Shown: positions 27,414 through 42,952 of the stretch, in pieces
Layout: the number at the start of each line of letters is the position of its first letter
Position numbering within the stretch: the stretch's first letter is position 1
DNA from: Octopus vulgaris
Lineage: Eukaryota
Assembly (NCBI GenBank): GCA_951406725.2
Contig: OX597832.1
Span: 22,320,001 to 22,384,000 of the forward strand
DNA: 64,000 nucleotides
Direction of reading: 5' to 3'
The notes under the pieces: generated by a model
Told to the model about the DNA's origin: nothing
Seen by the model: only the letters and a program-made list of their open reading frames with translations
The model's database searches: none
Made by a program: the position numbers and the translations under genes

Positions 27414-27587
27414 TTTTATATAATGTAATAATTTGAATTCGCCTTAAATGGTCCCTTTGCATACTGAACACTTGGTGAAATTGATTAATAATTAATTAAC
27501 GTTGCGCCTCGGCGTTTTACCCTCAATTGTTGAAATATATATATATATATATATATACACTTACACACACACACACGCATATATATA

Positions 27588-27775
27588 GGGAGAGTTTACG
27601 AAAAAAAAAAGACGAAGACAGGTGGTGTACAAAACAAAGAGATGTATTAGTATAACGCTCAAGAATAGAAAAAGTCTTTTACGTTTCGAGCCTACGCTCT
27701 TTTTACAGAAAGGGATACAGAAAAAACAAGGCGAGAAACAAGGAGAGAAAAAATGTGTGTAGTGGCTAACGATCT

Positions 27776-27780
<5 letters not shown>
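27588..27780 (-). mobile_element. Family P copy (HHR-like motif 27676-27712, core decayed)
   Basis: High identity to 13441-13600. Confidence 0.8.
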
Positions 27781-27815
<35 letters not shown>

Positions 27816-28427
27816 TGAAGGAAATCCTATACCCTAACTTGGACCTTAATTGTCCGAAAAATACCGCTTTGTGGATTGACAAACTACTTTCTATTATTTA
27901 GTTACGGTGGTTTACTTTCTCAGTTCAATTCCTGATGAGTTAACCTCTCTCTCTTCTAAAAAAAAAAATGCTGGTTTCTGTCCAAATCAGAGGCCTGTAT
28001 GTGCATCTGTATATTCACACATACAATTATACATGCATGCACACATCGACACTCATGTGTGGGTGTGTATATATATGCAGATGCACTAATACGTGCCAAG
28101 CGTATTTCTGCAAATATGTGGTGACATGTGCGTAAAGCGTTTGTAATCAGTGTGTGTGTGTGCTTGTGTGTGTATGTGTGTGTGTGTGTGTGCTTGTGTG
28201 TGCTTGTGTGTGTATGTGTGTGTATGTGTGTGTGTGTGTGCGTGCGCGCGTATGTGTCTGTGTGTTTGTGTGTGTATGTGTGTGTACCTATGATAACATT
28301 TTCGTTTGCATGTGAGTAGATATGCTCGTGCGCATGTGAGTGTTTGTGATTTCTGTGCCTACGTGTCTAGATGTGTCCTCGTCAGTATGCGTATGTATGT
28401 ATGTATGTTTGTACGTATGCAAGGACG

Positions 28428-28504
<77 letters not shown>

Positions 28505-28585
28505 GGCTGAAAAATAACAACGTGATTCCAGTTTCAGATGGTACGCTAGAATCAGCCTGACCCGCACACACATATACAAAGAGGA

Positions 28586-28627
<42 letters not shown>

Positions 28628-28758
28628 AGGGAGGGAGAGAGAGAGAGAGAGAAGGAAGATAAATACCCGGATGAACACGTCAGGTGAGACTTCTAGCGTT
28701 ATTTATCAGTTAGCAATGAAGCAGGTAAATAGGTAGAGAGAAAATGTGCATGTGCGCT

Positions 28759-28820
<62 letters not shown>

Positions 28821-28927
28821 CATATACATACACACACACACATATACATACACACACATACATATACATATACATATTTGTACACAGACAGACACAGTGA
28901 AACGCACACACTGACACACACACACAT

Positions 28928-28968
<41 letters not shown>

Positions 28969-29038
28969 CATATAAATAGTTGTATATACATGCATACATA
29001 TATATATATTTATGTGTGCGCAAAGATACCATGTTTAC

Positions 29039-29080
<42 letters not shown>

Positions 29081-29819
29081 TTATGTATATATACGTACAA
29101 TCACACGCATATATATATTTATGTATATATATGTATATATACATACACACACACATATATATATACATACACACACACACACACACATACACACATATAT
29201 ATACATACACACATACACATATATATATACATACACACATATACAAAAATGCATACATACATACATACACACATATATATATATACATACACACACACAT
29301 ATATATATACACACACACACATACACACATATATATATATACATACACACATACACATATATATATACATACACACATATACAAAAATACATACATACAT
29401 ACACACATACCTACATATATCAGTTTGTATATGTGTGTGTGTGTGTGTATATATTTGTGTGTATTTGTGTGTATGTATGTGTTTGTGTGTCTGTTCTCTT
29501 GGCGAGGTTCAGGCGTAGTAATCCCATTTGTAGTTGGAATGTTAGAAATTTTTTTTTTAATTAAAATGAAATGGAGAACTTAAAAGTCTTTTAGCTACAT
29601 GAGATGGATTAACCGGATCAAAATATGTGTTGGACTAGTCAGAAGCAAAAAGAAGACCAATGTTTCGAATTCATTACCGGTTCTACTATAATTGCGTCAC
29701 ATCGTCAGGTCCAATGAGAAAAACACCGAACTTTTGTTGGGACTGTCCACTCAGCCAGAAATAGGTAAGGTTTTCGTGAAAAAGAAGTATGAATCAGACT
29801 AGAAGAAAGTACTAATAGC

Positions 29820-30642
29820 GTGGTTTTGTTTTAACCCAATAGGACAAACAAGGACAGACAAACGGATAAAGTCGATTATATCGACCCCAGTGCGTAACTG
29901 GTACGTATTTAATCGACCCCGAAGGATGAAAGGCAAAGTCGACCTCGGCGGAATTTGAACTCGGAATGTAACGGCAGACGAAATACCTATTTCTTTACTA
30001 CCCACAACGGGTTAAACACAGAGAGGACAAACAAGGACAGACAAACGGATTAAGTCGATTATATCGACCCCAGTGCGTAACTGGTACGTATTTAATCGAC
30101 CCCGAAGGATGAAAGGCAAAGTCGACCTCGGCGGAATTTGAACTCGGAATGTAACGGCAGACGAAATACCTATTTCTTTACTACCCACAACGGGTTAAAC
30201 ACAGAGAGGACAAACAAGGACAGACAAACGGATTAAGTCGATTATATCGACCCCAGTGCGTAACTGGTACTTTATTTATCGACCCCGAAAGGATTAAAGG
30301 CAAAGTCGACCTCGGCGAAATTTGAACTCAGAATGTAACGGCAGACGAAATACCGCTAAGCATTTCGCCCGGCGTGCTAACTTTTCTATCAGCTCGTCAC
30401 CTTTCACCGCCAGAGCAGGCAGAAACGTTAGCACGCCGGACGAAATGCGTAGCCTTATTTCGTCTGCCGTTACGTTCTGAGTTCAAATTCCGCCGAGGTC
30501 GACTTTGCCTTTCATCCTTTCGGGGTCGATAAATTAAGTACCAGTTACGCACACGCACTGGAGTCGATATAATCGACTTAATCCGTTTGTCTCTCCTTGT
30601 TTGTCCCCTCTGTGTTTAGCCCCTTGTGGGTAATAAAGAAAT
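29820..30642. mobile_element. SINE B trimer (-) head-to-head with a SINE B monomer (+)
   Basis: Minus-strand units spaced 182/184 bp ending at ~30403; plus-strand copy 30415-30642. Confidence 0.9.
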
Positions 30643-31004
30643 ATATATATTAAGTTAACAAATAAATTCGTTCGTAATTTTTTTTCCATTAATGTTAATA
30701 TTTATTTCTCATCAACTCCTTCTCTTTCATCATTAATGATTTGTTCCACAAGTTAGTGAACGCCACGACGGTGGAAATCATCAGGTCTTTACTCGAAGAA
30801 TTTATCGAGCCATGTTTTCAGTTCTTCGTGGTTGTTGAACGTGACTTCTTCAGTTCTAGAAACCATTTACTGTTTCTAGAGAATGAAAAATACATCTGTG
30901 AAGAGAATGTTCCTGCAAGAACATTTATAAAAATGAAGAATGGAATGACTTTGGGCCCTGACTCTTTGAGCGAAGCTGAGCTACAAAAAACAAAAGACTC
31001 ATTT

Positions 31005-31182
31005 ATTTTTTATTTGTTTCAGTCATTAGATTGCGTCCATGCTGGGGCAACGCATTCATGAATTTCAATTGAGCGACTGGTACTTATTCTATCGGTCTCT
31101 TTTGCTGTATCAGAAAATTACGGGGACGTAAACACACCAACAACGGTTGTCAAACGGTGGAGACAGACAAACACAGACAGGT

Positions 31183-31216
<34 letters not shown>

Positions 31217-31400
31217 AAACACACACACACACACACACACACATACACACACACAGCCTTCTTTCAGTTACCGTCAACCAAATCCATTCAAGGATTTTGT
31301 CAACCCGAGACATAGCGGAGGACACTTGCCCAAGGAACCACGCTATGGGACTGAACCCAGAACCATGTGGCTGGGAGGAAAAACTCTTACCACACAGCCG
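31005..31400 (-). mobile_element. SINE A, diverged
   Basis: Reverse-complement similarity to family A. Confidence 0.8.
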
Positions 31401-32314
31401 ATAAATAAAATATGAAAAGCGCAAGTTCACTTTGGATAATGGTTACGGTAAGAAGGCAAGAACCTCTTTGATCGTAATTCTTCTGGATGAGGACTACGGA
31501 GAAGTAGAGTTCCTTCGTGAGTCATATAGAGTCAGGGCCGGTTTCCAGGTTTCCATGACATATTTGTTCCTCACCTGGTTGAGACGAGGTCCATCGCAAC
31601 TTGCTCGATTTTGGCAACGGAGAATGAAATGAGGCGTTTTGCTAAAGAGCAAAATTCATCGCCTTGTCCAGGAATCGAAAATGCGATCTTTCGATCATGA
31701 GTTCAACACTCTAACTACTAAGCCATCCGCCTCCAGCCGGAGGAGGACTGAGCAACGATCAAACGACAACAACAACAATAACCATCACCCCCACCCCACG
31801 ACCACCACCACGACTACAACTACCATCACCACTACCATCATTACCACCACCGTCACCACCACCACCACCACCGTCACCACCACCAGCCACGTGACGTTCT
31901 CTCATTCACCTAACACTGCTGAAACCAGACTTAATGGTTTTTGTGAATCACTGTATGTCACCCCCCACACACACACAGGCACGCACTCACGTGCACACGA
32001 GCTCCGACACACGCATGCATACACATGCTCATACACGTGTACAAACATACACATGCACAAGCACACACCTGCTCACGCACACACTGACATACACACACGC
32101 TCACACACACACTCATACACACAAGCATACACACACATACACACGCACACGCACTCACTCACACACACACACACGTACTCACTCACACACACTCATACAC
32201 ACACATTCACATGTAATCACACACACACTCACACATACACTCACATATACACATACATACACACACACTCGCCAAACGCAAAATAATAGCAGGAACTTAA
32301 AAGAAAAAGCCACA

Positions 32315-32355
<41 letters not shown>

Positions 32356-33015
32356 ACACATACACACACATACACTCATACACACACATCCACATAAAAT
32401 CACACACACACATATACACATACATACACACACACGCACACATACACACACATCCAGATAAAATCATACACACGCATACACACATACACACTCACGAAAC
32501 GCAAAATAATAGCAGGAACTTAAAAGAAAAACCACAAGAAAACACACACACACACACACGCTCAAACACACACACACACACACAACAAACACAAACAAAT
32601 AAATTAACGTTGTTTGTATGAGGCGGTGGTGTTTAATTACAAGTAATGATTAAGAATTTTCGGAAATTTTCTCTTAATTTGAATATTTACACATTTCTTC
32701 ATTTAAACCATTGCCTAACGCTATGACCGTGAGATTACTGGTACATTTGCAGAGACTCAAACCGATCGTATTTTCCAAATCCAAGCAATTGGGTCAAATA
32801 CTCTAATATTTTGGCACAGATTCTCTGAAAAATTCCGACCTTTTCAAACAATCTGTTACGTCACTCCTCTATCTAGCAGGATGTGTTAGTGGCAAGGATG
32901 TGAGAACTATTACACTCATGATATTTCTCCATATATCTGTGTGTATATATGTGTATGTGCTTGTATGCGTGTACGTATCTATGTGTTGTATATATATATA
33001 TATATATATATATAT

Positions 33016-33650
33016 GCCTTGTGAGTGGATTTGGTAGACGGAAACTGAAAGAAGCCTGTCGTATATATGTATATATATATATATGCCTTATGAGTGGATT
33101 TGGTAGACGGAAACTGAAAGAAGCCTGTCGTATATATGTATATATATATATATATATGTGTATGTGTGTGTGTCTGTGTTTGTCCCCCTAGCATTGCTTG
33201 ACAACCAATGCTGCTGTATTTACGTCCCTGTCACTTAGCGGTTCGGCAAAAGAGACCGATAGAATAAGTACTGGGCTTACAAAGAATAAGTCCCGGGGTC
33301 GATTTGCTCGACTAAAGGCGGTGCTCCAGCATGGCCGCAGTCAAATGACTGAAACAAGTAAAAGAGTAAAAGAGTAAAAAGAGTATATATATATATATAT
33401 ACATATGTATGTGTATGTATGTATGTATTATGTATGTATGTATGTATGTGTGTATGTATGTATGTATGTATGTATGTATGTATGTATAGGCGTAGGAGTG
33501 GCTGTGTGGTAAGTAGCTTGCTTACCAACCACATGGTTCCGGGTTCAGACCCACTGCGTGGCACCTTGGGCAAGTGTCTTCTACTATAGCCTTGGGCCGA
33601 CCAAAGCCTTGTGAGTGCATTTGGCAGACGGAAACTGAAAGAAGCCCGTC

Positions 33651-33711
<61 letters not shown>

Positions 33712-33915
33712 TTACTTGGAAGAAGCATAAATACATACATACTTGGAAGGGCATAAATACATACATATATATATATATATATACACATATATACGACGGC
33801 TTCTTTCAGTTTCCGTCTACCAAATTCACTCACAAAGCTTTGGTTGGCGTGAGGCTATAGCAGAAGACACTTGCCCAAGCTGTAGAACCATGTGGATGCC
33901 AGCTTCTTACCTCAC
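33016..33915. mobile_element. Cluster of SINE A pieces including a 70-bp tandem duplication and an inverted pair
   Basis: 33016-33382(+), 33488-33655(+), 33792-33915(-). Confidence 0.85.
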
Positions 33916-33927
33916 CCCCCATATATA

Positions 33928-33999
<72 letters not shown>

Positions 34000-34061
34000 G
34001 GTGCCCCAGCATGGCCACAGCTCATTAGCTGAAACTGGAAAAATCAAATCAAAAATCAAAA

Positions 34062-34107
<46 letters not shown>

Positions 34108-34108
<1 letters not shown>

Positions 34109-34292
34109 GAAGGGGTGCTGAAAAGTTTTGGGCTTTGGGTAAAAAAAAATACAGGATGAGTTAATTATGATTTTACTCAACATATTCCCCTCTTAGATTC
34201 ACACACTCATTGCAACGATCTTTCAGTTTTTGTAAGCCCTGTGAAGGACTTTTCGCGATACCCTTAAATCCAGAAACTTTTCAGGGCCCCGT
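34108..34292. mobile_element. Mariner-type MITE
   Basis: TA|cgaaggggtgctgaaaagtt ... aacttttcagggccccg|TA; related piece at 42390-42550. Confidence 0.7.
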
Positions 34293-35239
34293 AGTATTCT
34301 CACAATGAATATCAAGCACTATCTACAGAAAGCAATGTTATAGTGCGCAATAGTAAGCTAAAATTGTCGAGAAAAGAAGAAACAAAAAGAGAGAAAATGA
34401 AAGTGTTGAGAAGAAATAAACTAAAGATGTATTTTGTGATGATTATAAAGAAACTCCTAGTTTTGCTCTTACGTTTTAATTTTATCATTTGTATTTCAGC
34501 GTACTCTGCTACAATTTTAATACTGTTGAGTAAGAGAAGGCTCTACAAGGTGAGTCAGGTAGGAATATACTACGGGTTAAAACCAGCCGTAAATGAAATA
34601 CGATCTGACGAGATGTTATGCAAAGCACCAAGTCTTAACATTTTCGTTTTACTTTCAGATGTTTAATAATAAGACAGCTATGAATATGAGGTTAATAATG
34701 GTGATGGTTGCCATGTAAACAATGAGAGGAATGGGATCATAAGGGTGATGAACGTGAAGAGTGGTTGGCCTTTTCGTTGTGGTTGAAGGTATTACAGAGG
34801 TAGTAGTTTAACTACCGCCAACTCTGCCTGAGATGTTTCTAGAAGTAGGTGCCTAACTCCCAAGTACTACCTTTCCACTCGTGTATACGCCACGATGGTA
34901 GGACAGGTCAATACGTCCGCAGCATCGATGGGACTGCAGGGGACGCCAGATATCAATTAAGTATAACCGCATACAAATCTGCCTTCCTCCAGATTTTTTT
35001 CGTGAGTTTACTCTGTTAATATGAAGGGTAGACGTTCATATTCGATCCATCATCTGTTCATTGTTAAAAACTTGTATTGAACGCAACGGTCAAAAGAAAA
35101 AAAATACCCAGGGTAATATCAGAAATTTCAGTTCATAGTTGTGAATTGGTTGGACAACTTCTGTGGTTGTGAGTAGATGAGAGAGAGAGAGAGAGAGGAG
35201 GGAGGGAGAGGTGGGGAAATGAGTGAATGAATACATATA

Positions 35240-36102
35240 TTAGCGACCAAAGTGGATGGCGTGACTTCGCCCACTAGAAGGCAACCAATGGCAGTTGTGC
35301 GAGATTGTTTGATAACCGTGTCCTCTCAAGATTCGGGGACACTCACTGACCTTCCAATAACACCGGATTTCTCCGTTTGTGATTTTTTTCTTGTGAGGCT
35401 ACCTTCAGAGTCGAGTCTACACGGTTCGACCGAGGACATTGGATGAAGTGAAACAAAGAATTCAAAACGAAATTGAAAGTCTACCAACTGAGATGTTACT
35501 CCGAGCAATGGGGAACCTCAACGGCAGATTGATAGAATGCATCGCCGAGGAAGGCGGTTAGCACGCCGGGCAAAATGCTCATCTGTATTTCGTCTGCCTC
35601 TACGTTCTGAGTTCAAATTCCGCCGAGGTCGACTTTCCCTTTCATCCTTTCGGGGTCGATAAATTAAGTACCAGTTACGCACTGGGGTCGATATATTCGA
35701 CTTAATCCGTTTGGTGTCCTTGTTTGTCCTCTCTGTGTTTAGCCCCTTGTGGGTAGTAAAGAAATAGGTATTTCGTCTGCCGCTACGTTCTGAGTTCAAA
35801 TTCCTTTCATCCTTTCAGAGTCGATAAATTAAGCACCAGTTACAATTGGGGTCGATGTAATCGACTGGCCCTTCCCCCAAAGTTTCGGGCCTTGTGCCTA
35901 GAGTAGAAAATAATGCATACGTAGAGAAGTACGCCATCTACAGGATGTAATTTTCGGACATTAATAATTTGGATTGATTACTGATTCTTAAAAGGATAGT
36001 AGTTTAATTTGTCAATAATTTTTCTTCTTGTTAGATTTGGATTTTTCCTGTTTTTGTTGGGTTTTTCAAAAGTTGCCGTTTTCCCCTTTTGTGTCACCCT
36101 GT
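35240..36102 (+). mobile_element. Decayed Tc1/mariner-superfamily transposase 3' part, interrupted by a SINE B dimer (35556-35910)
   Basis: TPDFSVCDFFL motif, then (frameshifted) ...RTLDEVKQRIQNEI...RLIECI; right end tgtcaccctg|TA. Confidence 0.65.
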
Positions 36103-36457
36103 ACAAGCTGAGATCAGTTCGTCCAAAGCTTAACTGATTAACAAAATGCAATTTGTGATTGGTCAGTATTTTTGCTGACGTCAGTTAATGAATCTGATGC
36201 GTGGTTGTAAAGCGTTATTTGTTAAATTTTTCATGCCATTATCAGTCAATTTGCAAGTTCCGTTTTTTGGTTTAACTTCGTCTTTAACTGCTTCAGCCAT
36301 TAGACTGCCGCCATGCTGGAGCGCCAAATTAAAGGGTTATATATTTTATTCATATATTTTCAAAAAATGTTTGGTACACTTATAAATGTGAATGGACGAC
36401 TGCGAAAAGGAAAGACATAAATATTGAGTAAACACATACACGTATTTGGTATCTACT

Positions 36458-36515
<58 letters not shown>

Positions 36516-36531
36516 AACGTATATATATATA

Positions 36532-37028
36532 CCGTAAATCCTCGAGTATAATCCGCATTTTTTTCCCAAAATTTAAAGGTCAAAATCCCTAGTGCGTACT
36601 ATATAAGAGGTTAAAAACGAAAATTATTTCCTAAGCAATGTCCGAGTCTCTATTTGCTGTCCGGCAATGTTTATTCAGACGCATTTTGTGACGTCGGGCG
36701 CGAAAATACCTTAAGCTGAGCCTGAAAGCAATGAAGTCATAAAAGAATCATCCATAACTTGCAGTAAGCAACATTTATTAAACGTTATTACTGTTATTTC
36801 TTTATTTTCTGCAAACAAAATGCACAAAAAAGCTACACGTTTGCATTAGGTTATATATACAATAATAATAATAAAGGATGTTACCGTATACATTTTTACA
36901 AACAAAGGTCGTTATATAGACCTCCTTGACTCAAGTTAGAGACAAGCTTTAGATTTTTCAGAGGTACAGCCCTCTAAAAATCCCCTGCGTATTATACTCA
37001 AGGGCGGACTATACTCGAGGATTTACAG
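36532..37028. mobile_element. Tc2/pogo-like MITE
   Basis: TIR ccgtaaatcctcgagtataatccgc / gcggactatactcgaggatttacag, TA flanks. Confidence 0.85.
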
Positions 37029-37292
37029 TACGTGTGTGTAAACATGTATATTTATGTATAGAGACATTCCTACATTCATGCATACACTTGTTCATGTCTT
37101 TTTGTTTCTTTAAGATATTTTTATATAATCAACTTTTCATTTAAGAACAGCTTTCTTAAAATATTATGACTTTTAAAATGTTTTGGCTACATACACATAA
37201 ATATACAAGAATATGAGAGGCTTGGTTCACTAGGTACGCTGGGTAAATGCAGCTAAGGCTGGATCTTGAGATCCATGTTAAGGCTCCGTTAT

Positions 37293-37344
<52 letters not shown>

Positions 37345-37355
<11 letters not shown>

Positions 37356-37677
37356 TTAGAGACAAAACCACTATTTTGCAAAACAAACAAGGAAAGACTT
37401 AATCAATACATAACATTTTAATAAAAAGTAAAAAAACCGCCACTACAATTGTTTCATGTCTTCAAATGACAATCTTCAGGTGGATTTCCGATTTTCAAAT
37501 CAGTTTCAATTTTTTTACATTTATTAAAATTTTATGTATTGATTAAGTCTTTCCTTGTTTGTTTTGCAAAATAGTGGTTTTGTCTCTAATTAATATTATA
37601 TAATATTTTACTATAAAATTGGATTTAATCCTAAATCTGATTTTTTCCCTGTAAATTTGGATTTATTCCCTAATATT

Positions 37678-37682
<5 letters not shown>
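37345..37682. mobile_element. Fold-back element of the 11380 family with HHR at 37440-37483 (-)
   Basis: ccac-CTGAAGA-ttgtc(atttgaa)gacat-GAAA-caattg-TA-gtgg; inverted arms. Confidence 0.8.
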
Positions 37683-37712
<30 letters not shown>

Positions 37713-37749
37713 CATACTTATATGTACATATATACATACATATGTATAA

Positions 37750-37790
<41 letters not shown>

Positions 37791-37921
37791 TATACATGTG
37801 TGTGTGTGTGTGTGTAAGTGTAAATAAGGGGATAGATAAATAAACAGGCAGATAAATAGCCAGACAGACACACAGACAAATAGACAGACAGACCGATAGA
37901 TACAGACAAACGGACAGACAA

Positions 37922-37953
<32 letters not shown>

Positions 37954-38075
37954 CATAAATAAAACAGGAAAGATGAGCAAGAAGGAAACAAATAAGTAAT
38001 CTATGAAGATAAAAACTGAAACATGTGGTGGAAAGAACATAAAATATGATACGAAATAACGAAGAAGTATGTGTG

Positions 38076-38135
<60 letters not shown>

Positions 38136-38471
38136 ACTTTGTAATATGCCATAGAAGTCATGGCTGTGTCAATGTGCTAAATTATATTCGATCTACATCC
38201 TCGTTGGCGGGTTGACGGGCTGTTAATGTTAAAAATGCGTATGCGGATCTACAAAATGTCATATGTTGGTGGTTTAAAACCTAGTCTTCTGTCGTTTAAA
38301 ATTCGACGCATTTATGAGCTCTTGAAGAGGTAAGTGTTACCTGGGATATAGTGTTGATTAGATAGGTGTGAACACTCAAGGTGGATCGCTTAGGTGTTTG
38401 ATTGTTATAAAAGACACGAAACACTAAAAGATCTCTGGAAACCTCTTTGATGAAGTGTCCAGGAGCATACA

Positions 38472-38838
38472 ATTTCGTCTGCTGCTACGTTCTGAGTTCA
38501 AATTCCGCTGAGGTCGACTTTGCCTTTCATCCTTTCGGGGTCGATTAAATAAGTACCAGTTACGCACTGGCGTCGATATAATCAACTTAATCCGTTTGTC
38601 TGTCCTTGTTTATCCTCTCTGTGTTTAGCTCCTTGTGGGTAGTAAAGAAATAGGTATTTCGTCTGCAGTTACGTCCTGAGTTCAAATTCCGCCGAGGACG
38701 ACTTTGCCTTTCATCCTTTCGGGGTCGATAAATTAAGTACCAGTTATGCACTGGGGTCGATGTAATCGACTTAATACCTTTGTCTGTCCTTGTTTGTCCT
38801 CTCTGTGTTTAGCCCCTTGCGGGTAGTAAAGAAATAAG
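38472..38838 (+). mobile_element. SINE B dimer
   Basis: Junction aagaaatagg|tatttcg at ~38655. Confidence 0.88.
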
Positions 38839-39611
38839 AATACTTGTAAAAGTAAAAGGAGTTTTAGTCGACCAAATCGATCTCTGTAGTTGTGCATTTT
38901 AAAGTCTAGTACTTACTTTATCGGTTTCGTTTGCCGAACCGCTAGGTTACGGACACTTAGAAAAACCAACGACGGTTGTGAAGCGTGCGTGTATGTGCGT
39001 GTGTATTTGACAAATACAAAGACACGCATGAATACACACACATACATAAACACGCACGCACATACATATGTATATGAAGCTCTTCCACTGTTTCCACCGT
39101 CTAAATTCACTCAGAAGGAATTGGTCAGTCGACGACCCTTCCTCAAGGTGCTGCGTAATGGTATTGAACCCAAAACTTCTTAACCACACGGCCATACCCT
39201 TGTTTATTTTGATTTCATTTAATTTCTTTCATAGGACTTGTGTCGAACCAATTAACATTTTAAATGTATCTCAATTTGATTTTTTCATCTTCGAATTGTT
39301 TTTTTGCTTTCTTTAATTAAATTATTTTCATTTAAGAAAAAAAAATATTCAAGCGTTCATAATGTTTCCATTTTCTCATCGTTGACAAGTGAATAAGAAC
39401 GGTAATGTTGATGCTGTTCCCGTGGAAACAAGAAATTCCAACTTCCGGTTTGTCAGCAATGAAGGCTACCAATTGCCTAAAATTACATACCGTTTCAAAC
39501 TCTTATCTCCTTTTTTTTCTCTACAATCTTCTAGAACAAAATGAATATGATTTTCTTCATCAACAGGTAACACTACAACTATTTGAAAAAATTCTGGCGG
39601 TGAAAAGGAAT

Positions 39612-39718
39612 TCAAAGAGATCCAATATCGATCAGCAATTTGCCCGACTCGTTCACAATTGTTCCAGCTCGACGGCAATAATAGTAACAATATTTTGTCT
39701 CAGTTTCGCCTTGGTCAA
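39612..39718 (-). CDS. Candidate terminal coding exon of an unidentified gene
   Basis: Branch point ctctaac + long pyrimidine tract + CAG acceptor at 39719-39721; reads xDQGETETKYCYYYCRRAGTIVNESGKLLIDIGSL* or LTKAKLRQNIVTIIAVELEQL*. Confidence 0.3.
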
Positions 39719-40011
39719 CTGAAAAAGACACACACAAAAAAGAAAACAAAACAGGAAAACTAGGTTAGAGATCCTATTATAAAATTAACATTTAATGGGC
39801 TAGCATCGTCTCCTGGTAGTGTTCATCTCTCATCTACTTATGAAACGAATCGCGCGAAAGGAAATAAAACGATGGCGCGCGGCATTTACTAATATTAACA
39901 ACCTTTAAAAACAAAACATCCAGTCGTACCTGTGGGAATTTTCTTTTCTCTCCGTTTCTTCCTCTTAACAACATCCCGGTTAATGGAAACGGCAGGCATA
40001 TACTGCCAAAG

Positions 40012-40059
<48 letters not shown>

Positions 40060-40149
40060 ACAACGCACAACACACACATATATATATACATATATATATG
40101 TATATGTATATATTTATATATATATGTATATATATGTATGTATGTATGA

Positions 40150-40230
<81 letters not shown>

Positions 40231-40577
40231 CGCGCACGCAGATCCATATACATGCATTCATGATATATAAATACGATACATTTATGCATGCACACATATA
40301 CGCATACATACATTTATTGTGTGAGTGTATGTATATGCATGCATGCATGCATGCATGATTGTATGTGTGATTGTATGTATGTATGCATGTATGTATATAT
40401 ATATATATAATGACATGTGTCCCAACATATGTATGTATCCATGTATATGTGTGTGTGTACATACACATTTATACACATACATGTATACATGCATATATAC
40501 AGACAGACACACATGCACACATACACATATACATACACAGAAAGATATGTACTTATATAAAGAGAGTGAGATATATG

Positions 40578-40620
<43 letters not shown>

Positions 40621-40714
40621 TCTTCTCGGCATATTTTTCTATGCAATTGTGCACGTGCGTGAGAGTGTGTGCATGTGTATGTGAGGATGTGTGTACGTTT
40701 GTGTGAGTGCGTGC

Positions 40715-40769
<55 letters not shown>

Positions 40770-40910
40770 AGGGAATTTAATAAGCGGAAACAATACAAGC
40801 ATATGTATATCTGACACAGAAATTGACCCATATCCACACAAACAGGGAAACAGGAAGGAAAAAGAAATCTAGTCAGTGTGTTAGTGAGTTATTGTACAAA
40901 GCTATATCAA

Positions 40911-40983
<73 letters not shown>

Positions 40984-41434
40984 CAGAGAGAGAAACAGAC
41001 AGACAGACAAATAGATAGATAGATACACTGATAGATAGACAGATCGATAGATATATATATAGAGTGGTAGATGGATAAGTAGATAGATCGATCGATAGAT
41101 AGATAGACAGATCGATAGATAGATTGACTGACAGATTGAATGATTGATAGATTGATGCCTAGACAGACAGATAGAAGGATAGATACATAATTAGATAGTT
41201 AGGTAGCAAGCTAGCTTGGTAGATAGATCGATAGATAATTAGATAAATAGATAGATAGAAAGATAGAAGACAGACAGACAGATAGACAGGCAGACAGACA
41301 GATAGATATATAGATAGATATATTGATTGATTAACTGACTGATTGATTGATTGATGGCTAGATACATAGATAGATAGAAGGATAGGTACATAAATAGCTT
41401 GCTAGGTAGGTAGGTATGTAGGTAGGTAGATAGG

Positions 41435-41735
<301 letters not shown>

Positions 41736-42557
41736 GAACAAAAAAAAAAGATAGATAGATGGTTAGATAGACAGACAGACAGACAGGTTGTTAGAGTCAT
41801 TGATCCATAGATTCATTGACTGATAACTATGGTCTTCGTGTTACGGACAATGTCATAACTCCATCGATGCTTCTCCAGGGATCCAAAATCCTTTGTGGAA
41901 GATTGTGTTCCCCTCTCAACTTCAAGGTCAGAAGAATTTGTACAAACCATCGCATCCCTGGCTCGAGAGGTCAAGAAGTTTCTAACAGTTGCTCACCTCA
42001 GTCTACGGACGGAAGGAGCGACTTGCTCTCCCTTTACGGTCTGGCAAATTCATGGCAGTTACTGGGAAGAAAATATCTCTGTAATGGTAAAAAGATGTGA
42101 AAACATCCGGTTTGTTCAGTGTCGCCATCTATTAGGAATCCTAGACATCGGTGTTGGTTTGCTTACGTTCCCGTAATATTAGCGGTTCGGCAAAATCTAG
42201 GATAAAACTAGGACTGCTAGGATAAAGCACACTTTCACGCCCCCCCTCCCCCAAAAAAAAAGAAAGGAAGAAAAAGAAAAAGAAGTGCAGGGTTCGTTCG
42301 ACTTAAATTATTCAAAAAGGTACCCCAGCATGGTCAAAATCTAATGACTGAAACAAGTAAAAGTTAAAAAGGAAAAGGATATAAAGGTGGTGGTGATGGT
42401 GGGTCAAAAGATCCTAGCTTTGGGTAAAAGTTAATTATGATTTCATTCAACATATTCCCCTCTCAGATTCACACACTTATTGCAGCGGTCCTTCAGTCTT
42501 TCTAAGCCCTGTAAGAGAGAAGTCGAAAGATTGGGTCTTCAGCCAGGCCTTCATATA

Positions 42558-42952
42558 TCTTTATATATAAAAGAGAGGTTGTGTGTCTGTCTCCTACGAT
42601 TTAGATTCCTAACTACTCCCACATTTTGCGGTGCAGTTTAACCAAAAGCGGGTATCTTATAGTCATGATTCATATCGAGCCCTTCTGGGTATTAGCGCGC
42701 GTCTACGATGAGTCTACGATTTAAAAAAAAATTACCATAATTCTTTTCCATTTTAATGCATTTTTTCGCTAGTATATAAGGGAAGTAACTCTCTAAAAAT
42801 GTCTACGATGAGTCAACGATTTTTAAAAAATTTACCATCTTTTTTTTCCATTTTTAATGCATTTTTTGCTATTTTTTGGCTATAACTCTCTAAAAAATGC
42901 TTATATAGTTATTTCCCTTACAAACCCGAGCAACGCCGGGCGATACTGCTAG
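42558..42952 (+). mobile_element. Non-autonomous Helitron
   Basis: A|TC start, cccgagcaacgccggg hairpin, CTAG|T end, no TSD. Confidence 0.85.

Noticed and set aside
29655-29712. Minus strand gac-CTGACGA...GAAA-ca-TT-ggtc hammerhead-like motif
   Set aside because: No stem II pairing found and stem I out of register; at most a relic
41816-42176. Short ORFs in unique-looking sequence
   Set aside because: No recognisable motif or convincing splice signals
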